Shown piece by piece: positions 52,413-64,000 of a DNA stretch of 64,000 nucleotides; within the stretch, counting starts at the first letter, position 1; each line of letters starts with the position of its first letter. Position numbers and translations under genes: made by a program. Where the stretch lies: NCBI GenBank assembly GCA_037379345.1, contig CM074523.1, forward strand, positions 1,248,525 through 1,312,524, read 5' to 3'. The notes under the pieces are model-generated. The model ran no database searches, was not told the DNA's origin, and saw only the letters and a list, made by a program, of their open reading frames with translations. The DNA is from Perna viridis (taxonomy: Eukaryota).

Positions 52413-53440
52413 TTAATTCAAAAATCGGCAAACGCCAGCGAAACATTTCCCTGTATGTTCGTCTCTAGCAACTACTTTGAATTCAGTTTCGTTGTTCGAA
52501 ATTCCGACCTTCAACTGTGTTGCTCTTCGGAACCGTGGAAGTTTTATTCGGATATTGCCTATCTTTCGGCAGTTATCCCTAGTTATTCTTTTAGGCGGTT
52601 CGATATCATCCGATGCGTAAATATTAATAACTGCTTCATCCTGCTGAAAAGTTATTGGAAAATTATACTCGGAGACGACCTCGTTGACCTTAATAGGTTG
52701 TCCCTTTCTAATTATTGTATAGAACTCTTCTTCCCCGGAGGTCAAAGGTTTGAACGATCTATCCAAGTCATTAAATTTTCGTACACACGCAACTATTGCA
52801 ATCCCGTAATGCACTTTTGCTATTCGTCCGACGATTGGCGTGTCCATGTGTCCCATCATAACTGCACCTTTTAAGACAATTACATCCGGTTCAAGAGGAC
52901 AAATCACTGTCAGGTTTGAAAATGTTTTCTTCATTGACTCTTTAAGCAAATCGCAAGACGCATATCCCCCAACCAACAAAATTGTAGAAACTCCTGAAAG
53001 TTCCGGTTTATGAAGCAAGTTTTTAACATAGCCAATCACTGTTTGAGTACCATTTATGAAAATATCCCGTACTAGTTGACCTAGTACTCTGAGTTTATTT
53101 TTCACTAAGCGAACTCTATCGCCGTAAATAGAAGATATCCCGTTTGATTCTAAATACACCTTTTTCGCCTCCCGCAGAAGAGATATTGGTATTTCAAAAA
53201 CAATCTTCTCTTCTAAGACATTACGCTTCTTTATTTCAACAGCCCTTGCCAGGTCTAAATAATCATCTTTATTTTCTTTAATGAAGTTTTCCACTGCAGA
53301 CTTCCCAAAGACATTTTCAAAAAATTCCCAAACAGCTTCATTTATCGTATTACCTCCCCATGGACCACCCGAGGCGCTGTGAATCTCCTTCAGCTGTCCG
53401 GTTGCTAGAACCTCGTTAGATGTAATATCAACGGTACCGC
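52413..53440 (-). CDS. HSPA12: Heat shock 70 kDa protein 12A/B-like, coding exon 9 (last)
   Basis: GGTVDIT...ASGGPWGGNTIN...ILLVGGYASCDLL...VLKGAVMMG; CAG acceptor at 53441-43. Confidence 0.92.
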
Positions 53441-53797
53441 CTGAAAGATTTTTACTTTAGAAAGTGAATCATGTAAAGCTGACTGAGCGCAAAGGTAATT
53501 TTATATGTAGGCGTTTCCTTGAAGGCAATTGAATATAGGCTCAGTTTCACTGTCACATGATTCGATTTTGTATTCAAATCAATTACGAAATGTAAAATCA
53601 AAAAGTTATCTATTTTAACATTTGATTTTGAAACCCTTTGTGTATACAAAAGTCAGCCCTGTTCAAACCAGAATGGTACACGAATCAGCTCTGTTCAAAC
53701 CAGAATGGTACAAAAATGTATGAGGCGATGATTACTTCCTATTACGGGTACTAGATTCAAATACTAGTTACATTTGCTGTGAAAGCGGGGTACTCCT

Positions 53798-54621
53798 TAA
53801 TACCTCCTTCACATACATGCATCATTTTTTTCATTTCTTTGTCATTCGCAAGCATTCGTATTGAACTCGTCGGCATTCGTAAATAACTATGAACAACTCG
53901 TAGACATTCGTAAACACCGTATCGATTCGCAAAAGGACATGAAATCTTTTTGACAGATTCAAAATGTTTACACGAATGTTCACGAGTTCTTTTTATTATT
54001 TTATTCGTAGATAGCTCGCAAACCACTCAACCATTCGTAAGGCATCGTCAACTGATCGTAAGCACGAAAGCACAAATTCCAACGCGAGCACTTTGCGAAT
54101 ATATACGAATACTTTGCCCAGGACGATGAGACTTAAGTTGTCGTGCCAGTGGGCGAAGAGGTCGAAAGAATTTTTTTGTATAATATTGACGTACATGTGA
54201 AATGTTCAACTGAATTTATATGACACAATGCAGCTCTATTGAAATATCATTACCGTTCGTAAAACACTCGTAACCAAACCACAGTATTCGTAAAAAAAAA
54301 CTCATTAGGTTATCTTAAAATATTCATTAACTATTGGTAAAAGATTCGACCAGATCGTAACAATTCGCATTTCACTGGCAATTATTCTTAACAATATCGT
54401 GTGCATTCGTAAATTGATCGCATTTAATCGCAATGAATCAAACTCTTATCCCAAACGCATTCATTCTTAGTATATCGTAAAGTGATTGTTCGTACATGTA
54501 GTCAAAACCAATGATAGTAGCTTAATTCGCAAGGATTCGTTTTTGTATTTTAAAAACCTTGTAAATTTTGGAGATTCGTAAGGATTCGTAAGAAAGGTTC
54601 GTGCATGTGAAGTGGGTATTA
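53798..54621. mobile_element. Non-autonomous TIR transposon in an HSPA12 intron (TA-flanked)
   Basis: TA|ATACCTCCTTCACATACA ... TGCATGTGAAGTGGGTAT|TA; interior rich in ATTCGT motifs. Confidence 0.65.
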
Positions 54622-54689
54622 GCGAAGTTGATAGAGCGTCGAAACAGTGCTATATGGATTCCGGGTGGTAATGATATTAAGTTTGTCAT

Positions 54690-54870
54690 GTGCATCGTTC
54701 TGGTAAGTTTGTTGGAGGCATCGTTTTCTGTGAGTTTGTAGAGTGCTTCGTTTTCAGTAAGTTTGTCGACTGCATCGTTCTCGGTAAGTTAGTCGAGGGC
54801 ATCGTTATATCGGTAAGTTTGTCGAGGCATAGTTTTTGGTAAGTTCTCGAATGCATCGTGTAAGTTTGTT
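54690..54870. repeat. ~27-bp intronic tandem repeat (GCATCGTTCTCGGTAAGTTTGTCGA)
   Basis: 6-7 diverged copies next to the exon-8 donor. Confidence 0.8.
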
Positions 54871-54885
54871 TTATAATGTACTTAC

Positions 54886-55042
54886 CTCCAAGGTCCACAA
54901 CCAGAAATCTAGATCCCGTCTCAAAGGATTTCAGTAAAGCATGTTTCCCCTCCTCTTTTTTCTGTAATTCCAGATGCCTACAACACAGAGCGGCGGCTTC
55001 GGGTTCCAATGCTAATGTTAGTCGTTCTGGGTCAATTCCAGC
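54886..55042 (-). CDS. HSPA12: HSPA12-like coding exon 8
   Basis: AGIDPERLTLALEPEAAALCC...FLVVDLG(G); AG/GT ends with consistent phase. Confidence 0.92.
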
Positions 55043-55524
55043 CTAGGATAAAATGCAGTTTGAGTATTAATATAGAGTTCTATGCAGGGTCAGATATTTT
55101 TTAGAACTACGTACAATAGTCAATATTTTCATTATGGACTGTAACATTCTAAAATGCCACTATACTAACGTCCTTTTCCCTTTCTGTCCTCTTTTATAAG
55201 AAAATAAAGAAACTTACTATGAAGTATGCAAAGTATGAAAACTAGAATGTTTCAGTTTATTGTATCGAAATAATGAATAAAAATGTTTGACATTCTTATC
55301 TGTATATGTATTGGTCTCAGATTTTGAGCTGGGAAGAACATTAACGGAGAAAATATTCGGCTAGATTTTTATAGTCTGATATGGCAGGAGGTCATTTATA
55401 CATGTATTGCATTATAATTAGATAATACAAGAACTGGGTAGTTCATGTCAAAATTTTAAATATCATAATCAGCAGACACATTACCGTCTAGAAATGCTCC
55501 GACAGGGAAGCAATAAACAGTTAC

Positions 55525-55746
55525 CTTCTCAGCAGCGTCTATCATGAACTGCCTTGCCGCCTCGTCCCAAATGGCTGGTACGGTAAGGACCCAATGCACA
55601 TCCTCTTCCTGTAGTTCTTGAACCTGCTCTCGGGCTCGTCTGAACATGGTGTCCTTAATGTATTCGATACAGTAGGCGAAAACATCTACAGCTTTCATTT
55701 CTTTCTCACCCGTGATATCTTTCAGCATCATAGCTTTGCTAAGGCC
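55525..55746 (-). CDS. HSPA12: HSPA12-like coding exon 7
   Basis: GLSKAMMLKD...WVLTVPAIWDEAARQFMIDAAEK; 222 nt, phase 0/0. Confidence 0.92.
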
Positions 55747-56266
55747 CTGAAAAGATAATTAAAATCTACATAAATTGGTTTCAACCAATTTTTAAAAGCA
55801 AAATGGACTACACTGAGGGTATATTCACCTTTTCAAGTCTGCAACACTACTAAATAAGTACAGTACAACGTAAACTGATTCCTGAATTTGTATTGAATAG
55901 TGTTCCTGCCTTGGTTTTTTTTTTACACCTGCACAACAGACTTTAAGCGAGCGTTGTGATACCTACGGTAATAATTCAGGAAGCGGTTACCTGTCTGCAG
56001 AGGAGATTAAAATGAATGCAGATTATTTAACATCACACTTATGGCAAACATGTACAAGTACGCTGCTCTATTCTAAGGTAAAAGATTAATATCTTCAAAA
56101 TATGTCTGTATACTGATACTGTTGTGGTATATGTCAACTCAAATGTCCTTCACATAATAAAAAACACTTTTAAAAGAGTTATATGCCTTGAATGTGACCC
56201 TTCCTACACACCTTCACAAATCAGGTGTATCTGTCCACAAAATAAATCGAGTTTTTAAATATTTAC

Positions 56267-56422
56267 CTGATTCTTATACAGCTGCATTTTAAACTTGCTG
56301 AAGTAATAATACTTCCGGGCATCATCAGGGTCATTTTGAAGGAGTTCTGTGTACTGGTTTTCAGCTTCGCATCCAAAAGCTGCAAATTCTTTGTTCGGTT
56401 TCAAGAGGAGCACAGTTGGTAC
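56267..56422 (-). CDS. HSPA12: HSPA12-like coding exon 6
   Basis: VPTVLLLKPNKEFAAFGCEAENQY...YYYFSKFKMQLYKNQ; 156 nt. Confidence 0.9.
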
Positions 56423-56762
56423 CTACAAGTTATTTTTTTATATCTTTTTATCATAAAATCAGGACTGTTGAACTTGCTATTTAAGTTCTCAGATGTGGTA
56501 TAGACCCTTTCGTGTCAACTGAGTGTAAGTCTAAGTATGAGCCTGCGTGGAGCATGCTCAATATACATCTCAGAGAGGAAAATTATTTGCACTATCTCTC
56601 GGAAGTATACGTCACGCATGCTCATCGATTAACACGAAAGTGTCTATTGTCCAGTTTAAAAATTATAAGAAAAGTACTTTTATTGAATATTTTCTTGAGA
56701 AAGAAATCATTCAATATATGAGATATGAAAAGAATGAAAAAACACGGGCGCATAAATTGTAC

Positions 56763-56904
56763 CTTTGAAGATTCCAGGCCAGCTTTTCCTAGTTTCATGA
56801 GATGTACACAGAGAGGTTGTCTAATAAAATCAGACTTTGTAGAAAAGGCACATCCAGAATAAGCTGACCCAAAGTCTATTGCAGCAACCAGTAAGTGCTG
56901 TTTC
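56763..56904 (-). CDS. HSPA12: HSPA12-like coding exon 5
   Basis: KQHLLVAAIDFGSAYSGCAFS...SSK (phosphate-1 motif). Confidence 0.9.
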
Positions 56905-57204
56905 CTGTAAAAAGCATACAGTCAGACCAAAAATCGTATTAATAACGTAATGTATTAATGTCTTCCATGCCGGTTTTTGATGTAAACAGAACTTTTAACA
57001 GATAAAAAATAAAAGTTAATTCTTAAAAGGTAGTTACATGAAGTTAATTGCAATCCTTGGCGTCAGACTGACGGACGGAAGAACGCATACACAGGTCTAA
57101 AGTAAACATGCAATCTACATGACTGTTATGAGATAAGTTTTATAATCACAACAGGGGGACATGAATACAAACAAATATACAGACGAAGAATGAATACATC
57201 GTAC

Positions 57205-57397
57205 CTCTTAGAAACAATGGTCATCTCTTTAAATTTTTTACTGATATCTTCGGCTGATATCTGGGGCACTTCCGGTTCCTGTTGATTACTATATCTTGCA
57301 AAATCATCATCCCCTTTCCCTGCATCGTTGTTCTCCGGGAATACATGTTGTGACTCGATGGATTCCCCAAAACTTATTCTCGGTTTCTGGGCCTTCT
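57205..57397 (-). CDS. HSPA12: HSPA12-like coding exon 4 (N-terminal extension)
   Basis: Open frame KAQKPRISFGES...MTIVSK(R), AG/GT bounded, phase 1/2 fits its neighbours. Confidence 0.7.
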
Positions 57398-57474
57398 CTG
57401 GAAATTTAAATCAGGACATAAGAAGAAGAGTAAATGTATATTGATCAATAGTATAACAAATTGACACATTGTAC

Positions 57475-57614
57475 CATAGGCGGATCCCCAAGGAGGGGCT
57501 TACATGTAGGTCAGAAAAATTTGGTTGATTATATAGGAAATCACCGAGCCAGGCGGCCTCTTAGGCCAGTCAGGGCCCCCTCTGAATTTTTGAGAATATC
57601 TGAATTCGCTTTTG
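57475..57614. mobile_element. CAGTGGCG-type MITE with 5-bp TSD (TGTAC)
   Basis: TGTAC|CATAGGCGGATCC...GAATTCGCTTTTG|TGTAC. Confidence 0.6.
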
Positions 57615-58325
57615 TGTACTTTATGTAAATAAAAGCTACCAGGTCAGATTTATTCATAGTTATTCTCTTTTCTGCAATACCAGACGCAAGAAAACGTCCA
57701 ATGCTTGGAGGAAGAAAACGGAAGCTTCCCCCCTACTGGTACACTTGGCTTGAAAGCCTGGTTTCTATGACGGCTAGCTTGTTCATTTATATTTAGCGTT
57801 CTACTTTTTGTTTGTCGATTTTTATGTTGTTAGCTATTTCTGCCTAAGTTTCCTTTGCTTCGTATTTAGTCATTTGAATTTCGACTGCGTTGGGTACTGC
57901 GTTGGGTACTGCGTTGCACCTGTCGTTCCACACGATCCCAATTCCGCTTCCTCTTCTTCAAACGAAATCTGAAGCCATATTCTTAATAAATAAATCTTCT
58001 ACTACCCCAATTTCTGCCTTTATGTGAGATTCGGATGAAATGTACCTTCGGGATACTTCAGGGAACGAAAGATTGGTAGTTGGCGGTGCAAATGTAACCG
58101 CAACAGGGAAAAAAATACTGTATTCACTGCCCAAGGATAACACGTACATATGTTATGTCAAAGTGGTAATATAAATAACACCAAATGTTGATACACGATC
58201 TCCTCGGCTAGCGAGCACGCTTTTCAGTCTGGGAGAAAATCGGTTAGATTTCGTAGAAAACTACAATACACTCTATATAAATCATGAGCACCCTCTTCTG
58301 CCCATTTAAAACCCAGAAAACTGAC

Positions 58326-58374
58326 CAGGTTCAGCTGATTGACTTCCCTCTATCTCCTCAGACGGGTAGATGTA
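58326..58374 (-). CDS. HSPA12: HSPA12-like putative coding exon 3
   Basis: TTTAG|YIYPSEEIEGSQSAEP+G|GTCAGT; phase 0/1. Confidence 0.5.
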
Positions 58375-58723
58375 CTAAAATTAGAAGAAAAGTTAGAAGT
58401 TAATAAAAGATCTCAGTTAACACTCATTATTACACAGTCATTGACAGTATGTTGTGCTGATAAATAAAACAACAAAGACAAGGTCATTAAAATAGGTTGT
58501 ATTCTTTAATTACTATACAACGTTTTACAAAATTGAGTTCAAAATTACAAATTAAGTTGTGCTTGAGAAATTTCTTTCATTCAGGAACCATTCAAGATCA
58601 TATTTATCCGATCTTGTTTGTGTGCTTTGAAATCAATATTTGGATTTCAAAAATGTTTATTCCAGTACTCCGCCTTCATTGAAAAAAAAGGTTCACATGA
58701 AAAGACAATTATTGACATAACCT

Positions 58724-58907
58724 AACACGTCACCTAAATATTCACAAAGTATCTTCTCGTGTATACATGTATATAAAAGCTTGATCCTACTCGTCAGTTA
58801 ACAGTAGCGGATCCTATATAACACGTCACCTAAATATTCACAAAGTTTCTTCTCGTGTATATATGTATATAAAAGCTTGATCCTACTCATCAGTTAACAG
58901 TAGCGGA
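58724..58907. repeat. ~96-bp tandem duplication ending in a MITE left end
   Basis: AACACGTCACCTAAATATTCACAAAGT...CAGTAGCGGA occurs twice. Confidence 0.8.
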
Positions 58908-59439
58908 CTCAGAGAATCGCATAAAGGAAGGGACAGCCGGCCCACAAAAAAATCCTTGATAAACACAGTCATATTGATGTATGCATTTATACACACAAAC
59001 ATGCTATTTTCATAATATTGCAAACTGATAAAGCCCTTCCCCCTTTTTTCGGATCCGCCTAGTATGGTAGAACTTTCATTGAAACATTTAAAAGACTAAC
59101 TAACAAGGATTATATTTATAAAAATTAGTACAGAATTAGTTACAAGATTGTGTTAAATTTATGAATAGCAAACCATTTTTGCTATATAGTATTTTTAGCT
59201 ATATACATGTAGAATAATTTTACATATTTTGGGCCACAATCTCAGTTACTTTATTTTCAGTACCCAATACTTGTAGGACACGAGAAAACTCTTTTGTAAT
59301 GATATAAAACTTTCCGAAATTAGTTGAAGTTGTCAAGAAGTTTATGCCGATCCCAGACACGAATTAGAGGAACTTTCAAGTTTTGCAATACCAGGGCTTA
59401 GTAAACGTACAGACGTACGGACGTTACAGTCTTACTTAC

Positions 59440-59507
59440 AGGAAAATGTTTCTTATTAATAGCACGGAAGGTAGAAGTCCATTTCTCTCTGTCCCCCGTT
59501 GTCAGTG
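59440..59507 (-). CDS. HSPA12: HSPA12-like putative coding exon 2
   Basis: TGCAG|..LTTGDREKWTSTFRAINKKHFP|GTAAGT; phase 1/0. Confidence 0.5.
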
Positions 59508-59581
59508 CTGCAGACAAGACATACGCTGATAAATTATTTTAACAAAAAAACATACTTTTATCTTTTATGACGCCATACCTT

Positions 59582-59912
59582 TCGTCATCATGAACTCGTG
59601 GGTCGTTACGGTGTATCCATCTGCATCATGAAAACTGATTTGTTCAACGTTTCAGAGTTTTCCTTTTCTCTTTCGTCAACCCCGGACTTGACTTTTCTAG
59701 AAAAGCAGATGACGCTTACCCTACCTGTGCACCTGGTCCATGCTCCAAGTTCTTAGTGGAATCTGAGTTGCTCATTTACTTTTGTTACCATGTATGTATT
59801 ATTTTATTTACTTTATGTTCTTTGTTGTGTTTGTCTGTTTTCCATGTCTGGGCTTTGTACCTGGATTACATTCTTTAAGTATCCGCTAGAATCTTGGTTC
59901 CCTTGATTACTC
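59582..59912 (+). mobile_element. Penelope-like 3' fragment
   Basis: RHHELVGRYGVSI remnant followed by the family 3' end. Confidence 0.8.
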
Positions 59913-60124
59913 CTTACAACAAATTTTGCACTTACGATTTTTTTGTGAAAGGACTACAGATTCTATTTATACCACTAGGTGTACGTATTTTACACACAAC
60001 TCAATACATAGCATCCAATGTAAACGACAAAAATATTTATCGTTAAAAGTATTCAAATTTATGTTAACAAAAAACAAAAACAATGATAAGAAAATGAAAA
60101 CACGAAAATATAACTTTGTATTGT

Positions 60125-60180
60125 CGTCTGAATATAGCTGAAATATTGATATTCGGACGTTAAACCCCAACAAACAAACT
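60125..60180 (+). mobile_element. SINE-like 3' tail
   Basis: GCTGAAATATTG...GACGTTAAACCCCAACAAACAAAC; resembles, from memory, mollusc SINE tails. Confidence 0.35.
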
Positions 60181-60955
60181 ACATAGTACGAAAAAAGAAT
60201 AAAACAATGAAGTTTTTGTTTGGTTTGACATAAATTAATTTTTACTAATTTGGACACAATCCATTCAAGTCTATTAAATCATTCTGACGACATTAAAACC
60301 AGTCTAACAGGGAATATTCATTAAATAAAAATTCTATGGTCGTCACCATTATCTGATATACTCTTATGAAGTTTCCGTGTCCAATATTACCAAAGAGTTC
60401 CTATGTCAACAAAATTCCTTCCTAATCACTGGACTTGATCTCCAACAAGTCGCGTAGGGAGTATCATGCTACAGACAGTAACTACTTACCCTAACGGTGC
60501 ACTTTATCTTAGTAAACTATGGTTTTATTAAGCTCGTGTTGCTTGTTTTCGGTGTAATCATTTTGTTCCTTTGTGCTGTATGTTTTTCGTTTCAGCCTGC
60601 AGTTCATACCTGCATGAAAATGCAGTTTATTCCTGTGCGATAAAACAGGAAACAGTGCCGTTTTAACCTACCCAATGATACAGAAGGCAGTGCAGTTTAT
60701 ACATGCCCGATGATTCAAGAGGCAGTAGGAGGTAGTGTTGTTTCTACCTATGCAATGATACAGGAGGCAGGCCTCTTAGGAAGTCAGATGATGTTGTGTA
60801 AGCATGCAATGCCTGTTTTCAGTTTACAGAGACATACTATATATATTGTACCTTTCAGTTTAATCTTCTGTCCTTCAGTGGATATAACATTGAATCTAAG
60901 GCCATCTGCTTTCAACTCTACGTCTGCAAGCTAAATGGAATAGGGTTATTTCATA

Positions 60956-61123
60956 CAGCGGTGGATCCAGATGGAGACGGAGTAGGACCAACCCCCCACC
61001 CCCAAGAAAAACAAATGGGAGAAATTCTTTTTTGGGATGAAATTTTACAAATAATACACCAAAAATGTGTTTGCCTTTTAATTATTATTGCGTCCGTGAC
61101 TTGAAATCCTGGATCCGCCGCTG
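60956..61123. mobile_element. CAGTGGCG-type MITE
   Basis: TCATA|CAGCGGTGGATCCAG...CTGGATCCGCCGCTG|TCATC. Confidence 0.7.
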
Positions 61124-61540
61124 TCATCCATTTTTAATAATTTGTAATTTGAAATTGCTGGTCACGTAAGAAAATGTTATATGATTTCAGAAATACGATA
61201 TTAACCGAACATTGAGGTATATTTCATTAAAGATTCAAACCTTCGTCTGTAACTACATGTAGGTTTGCATTTTCAATCAAATAGACCCGTATACTGTAAA
61301 ACTGTTATTTACTTATTACATAGAAATTCTATGTGACAGTAAGATCAGGTCAATAGATTGCATATTGATGCTCATTGTGATGACTTCATGCATAATAGTA
61401 CTTCATCGTGGTAATTTATTGCTCTAAAGTAAATTCCTTTGACTGTTTATTGTGGTAATTTCTATTGTGCTACTGTGTATACTATTTTGTATGTTTCGTA
61501 CAATGCAAACCTTAGCACTATAATGTACACAGGTACGGCG

Positions 61541-61718
61541 CGGTGGCGGATCCAGAGAATCGGCTAAAAAAGGGGGACTGCCCGTACCCCAGCTCTTGGG
61601 GGTTTTTTATGGCATGGGGTCTTGCAAAATCCTGAATTCTGAGCATATACACACAAAAATACGCTATTTTCATAAATTTTGCAAATTGATAAGGGGCCGA
61701 TCCCTGGATCAAGCCATG
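61541..61718. mobile_element. CAGTGGCG-type MITE
   Basis: CGGCG|CGGTGGCGGATCCAG...CTGGATCAAGCCATG|TGGTG; the TSD copies differ by CpG-type changes. Confidence 0.6.
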
Positions 61719-62300
61719 TGGTGATGTGGTGAATAGCACGCCTTTCAATGTTTAAGATTATTTTAATTCATGACCGATCGCGAATGAAAAAAAACCTTTT
61801 TTTTTTAATTTTTAACGAGAAATATCAGTGCATACTATTGTCACAGCATCAGCCGTACCTTCCTGCCGCTACTACGTCCCTGTGGTATATATACTGTGTT
61901 CTGGTATAATTTTGGTTTAGTCTGAATGACTTTCAAGACTTAATATATGCTGCTCATCGGACATATTTAAAGAGACAGACAATGTAAGAATCCAGCAATG
62001 AACAAAATTTAAATCGCAAACTCAAGATCATATTTCACTATCATATACATGTAAATTCAAGATATCTGCTATATTAATCAGATAAAATAGTAGCCTCTTC
62101 GTAGATGCGAAGCAATCAAATATCAGAAACGTAATTCGATTCATAGCATATAGCTTCCCTTGAAACTGTTTCAGTTTTAAGACTAAATTGTTTTAACGGA
62201 ACACCGTTCTAATAATATCAATAGCATTCAAAAGGACATGATACCGATTACATATCTACAAGATATCCAGCAGTACTTGTGAATAACTAATATTACTTAC

Positions 62301-62319
62301 AATAACATTCATTTGCCAT
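62301..62319 (-). CDS. HSPA12: HSPA12-like putative coding exon 1 (MANECY + 1 nt)
   Basis: AAGATGG start context and T|GTAAGT donor. The nine exons total 2034 nt = 677 aa + stop with consistent phases. A T-rich acceptor at 62349 implies an upstream UTR exon. Confidence 0.5.
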
Positions 62320-62959
62320 CTTGCTCGCTGTTTAGCATTAGGTCTACTCTGAAAAAAAAAAATGACAAAAAAAATTGATTACAAAATATTAATCAGAAAT
62401 GAGCAAATTTTAGCCTGAACCACACTTTTAAAAATATACTGAAAGGATCCCTTTCTATTTTATAGATTTCTTGTTCCGCCCGTTTTGGATCCATATGCAT
62501 GTGATAAATGCAACGGACAAGTGTTGGTTCTTACCACTTCCCACTTCATCCATGGATCTTATACACGTATTTCAGCATAGAGGGGGGTGCAGGCGGTCCA
62601 CCAGGGGAGAACGAATGCCAATCTATCTATTTTTTTAGTCCCACCACACCTATGAGAAGCTATATACATGACACACTATGTCAGTGAAAACGAACGTACC
62701 TGTTGCCGTCAACTTAAGGCACACATTATTTTATTAGCAAGGGGTCTGGGGTTTGCTTTAAATATTCCACATTATATATATGCTGTTGAAGAAACCTTAT
62801 TTCTTGCATACGTGCAAAACATATGAGTTGTTCCAGAATCGGTTGCACGGTAGTGAAACAGTATTACTGTCTTAACTTCGACGGCAAATGCATTGACAAA
62901 AGAACAAAAACGCACCACTCCTTTCACAATTTCAAATTTTAGAATATTTTTCAAAAAAT

Positions 62960-63216
62960 CAGTGGCGGATCCAGTTTTTTAGGTAAGGGAGGGGGGCATA
63001 AAAAATTTCTTGACAGGCTCACCGGTGAGGATCACGAAGTGATCCGAATTTGCTAGGGGGTTCAGGGGCACCCCGAAGAAAATGTTGAAATATAAAATAT
63101 CTTTATATAAAATCTTGCATTCTGAGGGTATCTTGATCAATTTTTCAACAATTTTTTAAAAAATTGCATTTTTCTAAGGGGGCCATCGACACCCCGACCC
63201 CCTGGATCCGCCACTG
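62960..63216. mobile_element. CAGTGGCG-type MITE with 5-bp TSD (AAAAT)
   Basis: Perfect 15-bp TIR CAGTGGCGGATCCAG with AAAAT on both sides. Confidence 0.8.
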
Positions 63217-63799
63217 AAAATATTCGTAACATTAGCACGTACGTTAAAATTGAAAGGGTGTAAACTGGGAAATGGAGGAGGGTAATTCAAGGAACATGAA
63301 TTAAAACACTTTAAAAAAAGGAATCACCAAACTGTTTAAGAAAGACATATTCATTCTTTGGTAAAAAGAACACATATTATGTCCATTTTTGAAGCTTCGG
63401 TTGAAAAATGTCAGTTTAGGAGGAACAAAACTGAAACTACGAAACATCCGCTTCACAGAATAAAAAAAAGAAAACGATTGATTCCTCAGGTTGAATTATC
63501 ATTCTCAGTTCATTGAAGTCATTTCATTAAAATATTTATGTATATAAATTTTATATTCAATCGAAATAAAAAAAGTCACGCGTGTCTTCTGTTGTTGAGT
63601 ATAGATTTTAAGATCCTACATATAGAGCGTCTTTTTAATGGTGTATACAGAGGAAGGTTTGCTCGACTGATCATCGATCTTGTCTCATAAAAAAGCTTAT
63701 TTTATAATGTGTTATGGCTCAGCAACTTAAAGGCTGATAATGCAATTTTCTCTCACTTACATATAGTGAATACGAGAAATATGATGCATGCAAAGGCTT

Positions 63800-63939
63800 A
63801 TTTGCTTTTGTTACTTTGTATGTATGATTTTAGTTACTTCATGTTCTTTGTTGTGTATGTCAGTTTTCCATGTCTGGTCTTTGTCCTTGGATTACATTCT
63901 TTCGATTACCGCTATAACCTTGGTTCCCTTGATTGCTCT
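63800..63939 (+). mobile_element. Penelope-like 3' fragment
   Basis: ATTTGCTTTTGTTACTTTGTATG...GGTTCCCTTGATTGCTCT. Confidence 0.75.
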
Positions 63940-64000
63940 TTCGTTCAGAGTACAAGTATGTTGTCCTTTAGAACATCAAACTTCAGAAAAAATTAATGAA

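Noticed and set aside
57660-58320. Possible large HSPA12 exon or separate gene
   Set aside because: Stops in all minus frames I read and no recognisable domain; a 49-nt exon fits the phases better.
59700-59775. SECIS element or hammerhead ribozyme in the Penelope-like 3' end
   Set aside because: ATGA is not conserved across copies (others have AGGA), there is no apical AA, and I saw no CTGANGA/GAAA core with matching stems. A covariance-model search would be decisive.

Overview
AT-rich eukaryotic DNA, most likely a bivalve mollusc (inferred from the mollusc-type 5S rRNA, the innexin and HSPA12 genes, and frequent TACATGTA motifs). Three host genes can be modelled by eye. Two are tandem innexins on the + strand, each with a tiny ATG-bearing first exon and one large coding exon (24510-24535 + 26665-28198; 39027-39043 + 43818-45111). 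The third is a convergent HSPA12 (Hsp70-12A/B-like) gene on the - strand (62319-52413, 9 coding exons, ~677 aa). A solitary 5S rRNA gene lies at 46363-46481. The rest is mostly transposon debris: a Gypsy 3' end with LTR, an intron-containing IS3EU-like DDE transposase pseudogene, a BEL/Pao remnant, about 13 Penelope-like RT or 3'-end fragments, LINE and MULE fragments, several MITE families with diagnosable TSDs, Helentron/HINE-like elements and minisatellites. The most unusual observations are a fourfold tandem array of the innexin-1 3' splice site, a 5S gene enclosed by transposon-like inverted repeats, an acidic insertion in the innexin-1 docking loop, and a 366-bp duplication of the innexin-2 3' end. 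I cannot demonstrate a new multi-gene system. All calls are by manual reading; no database searches were run.
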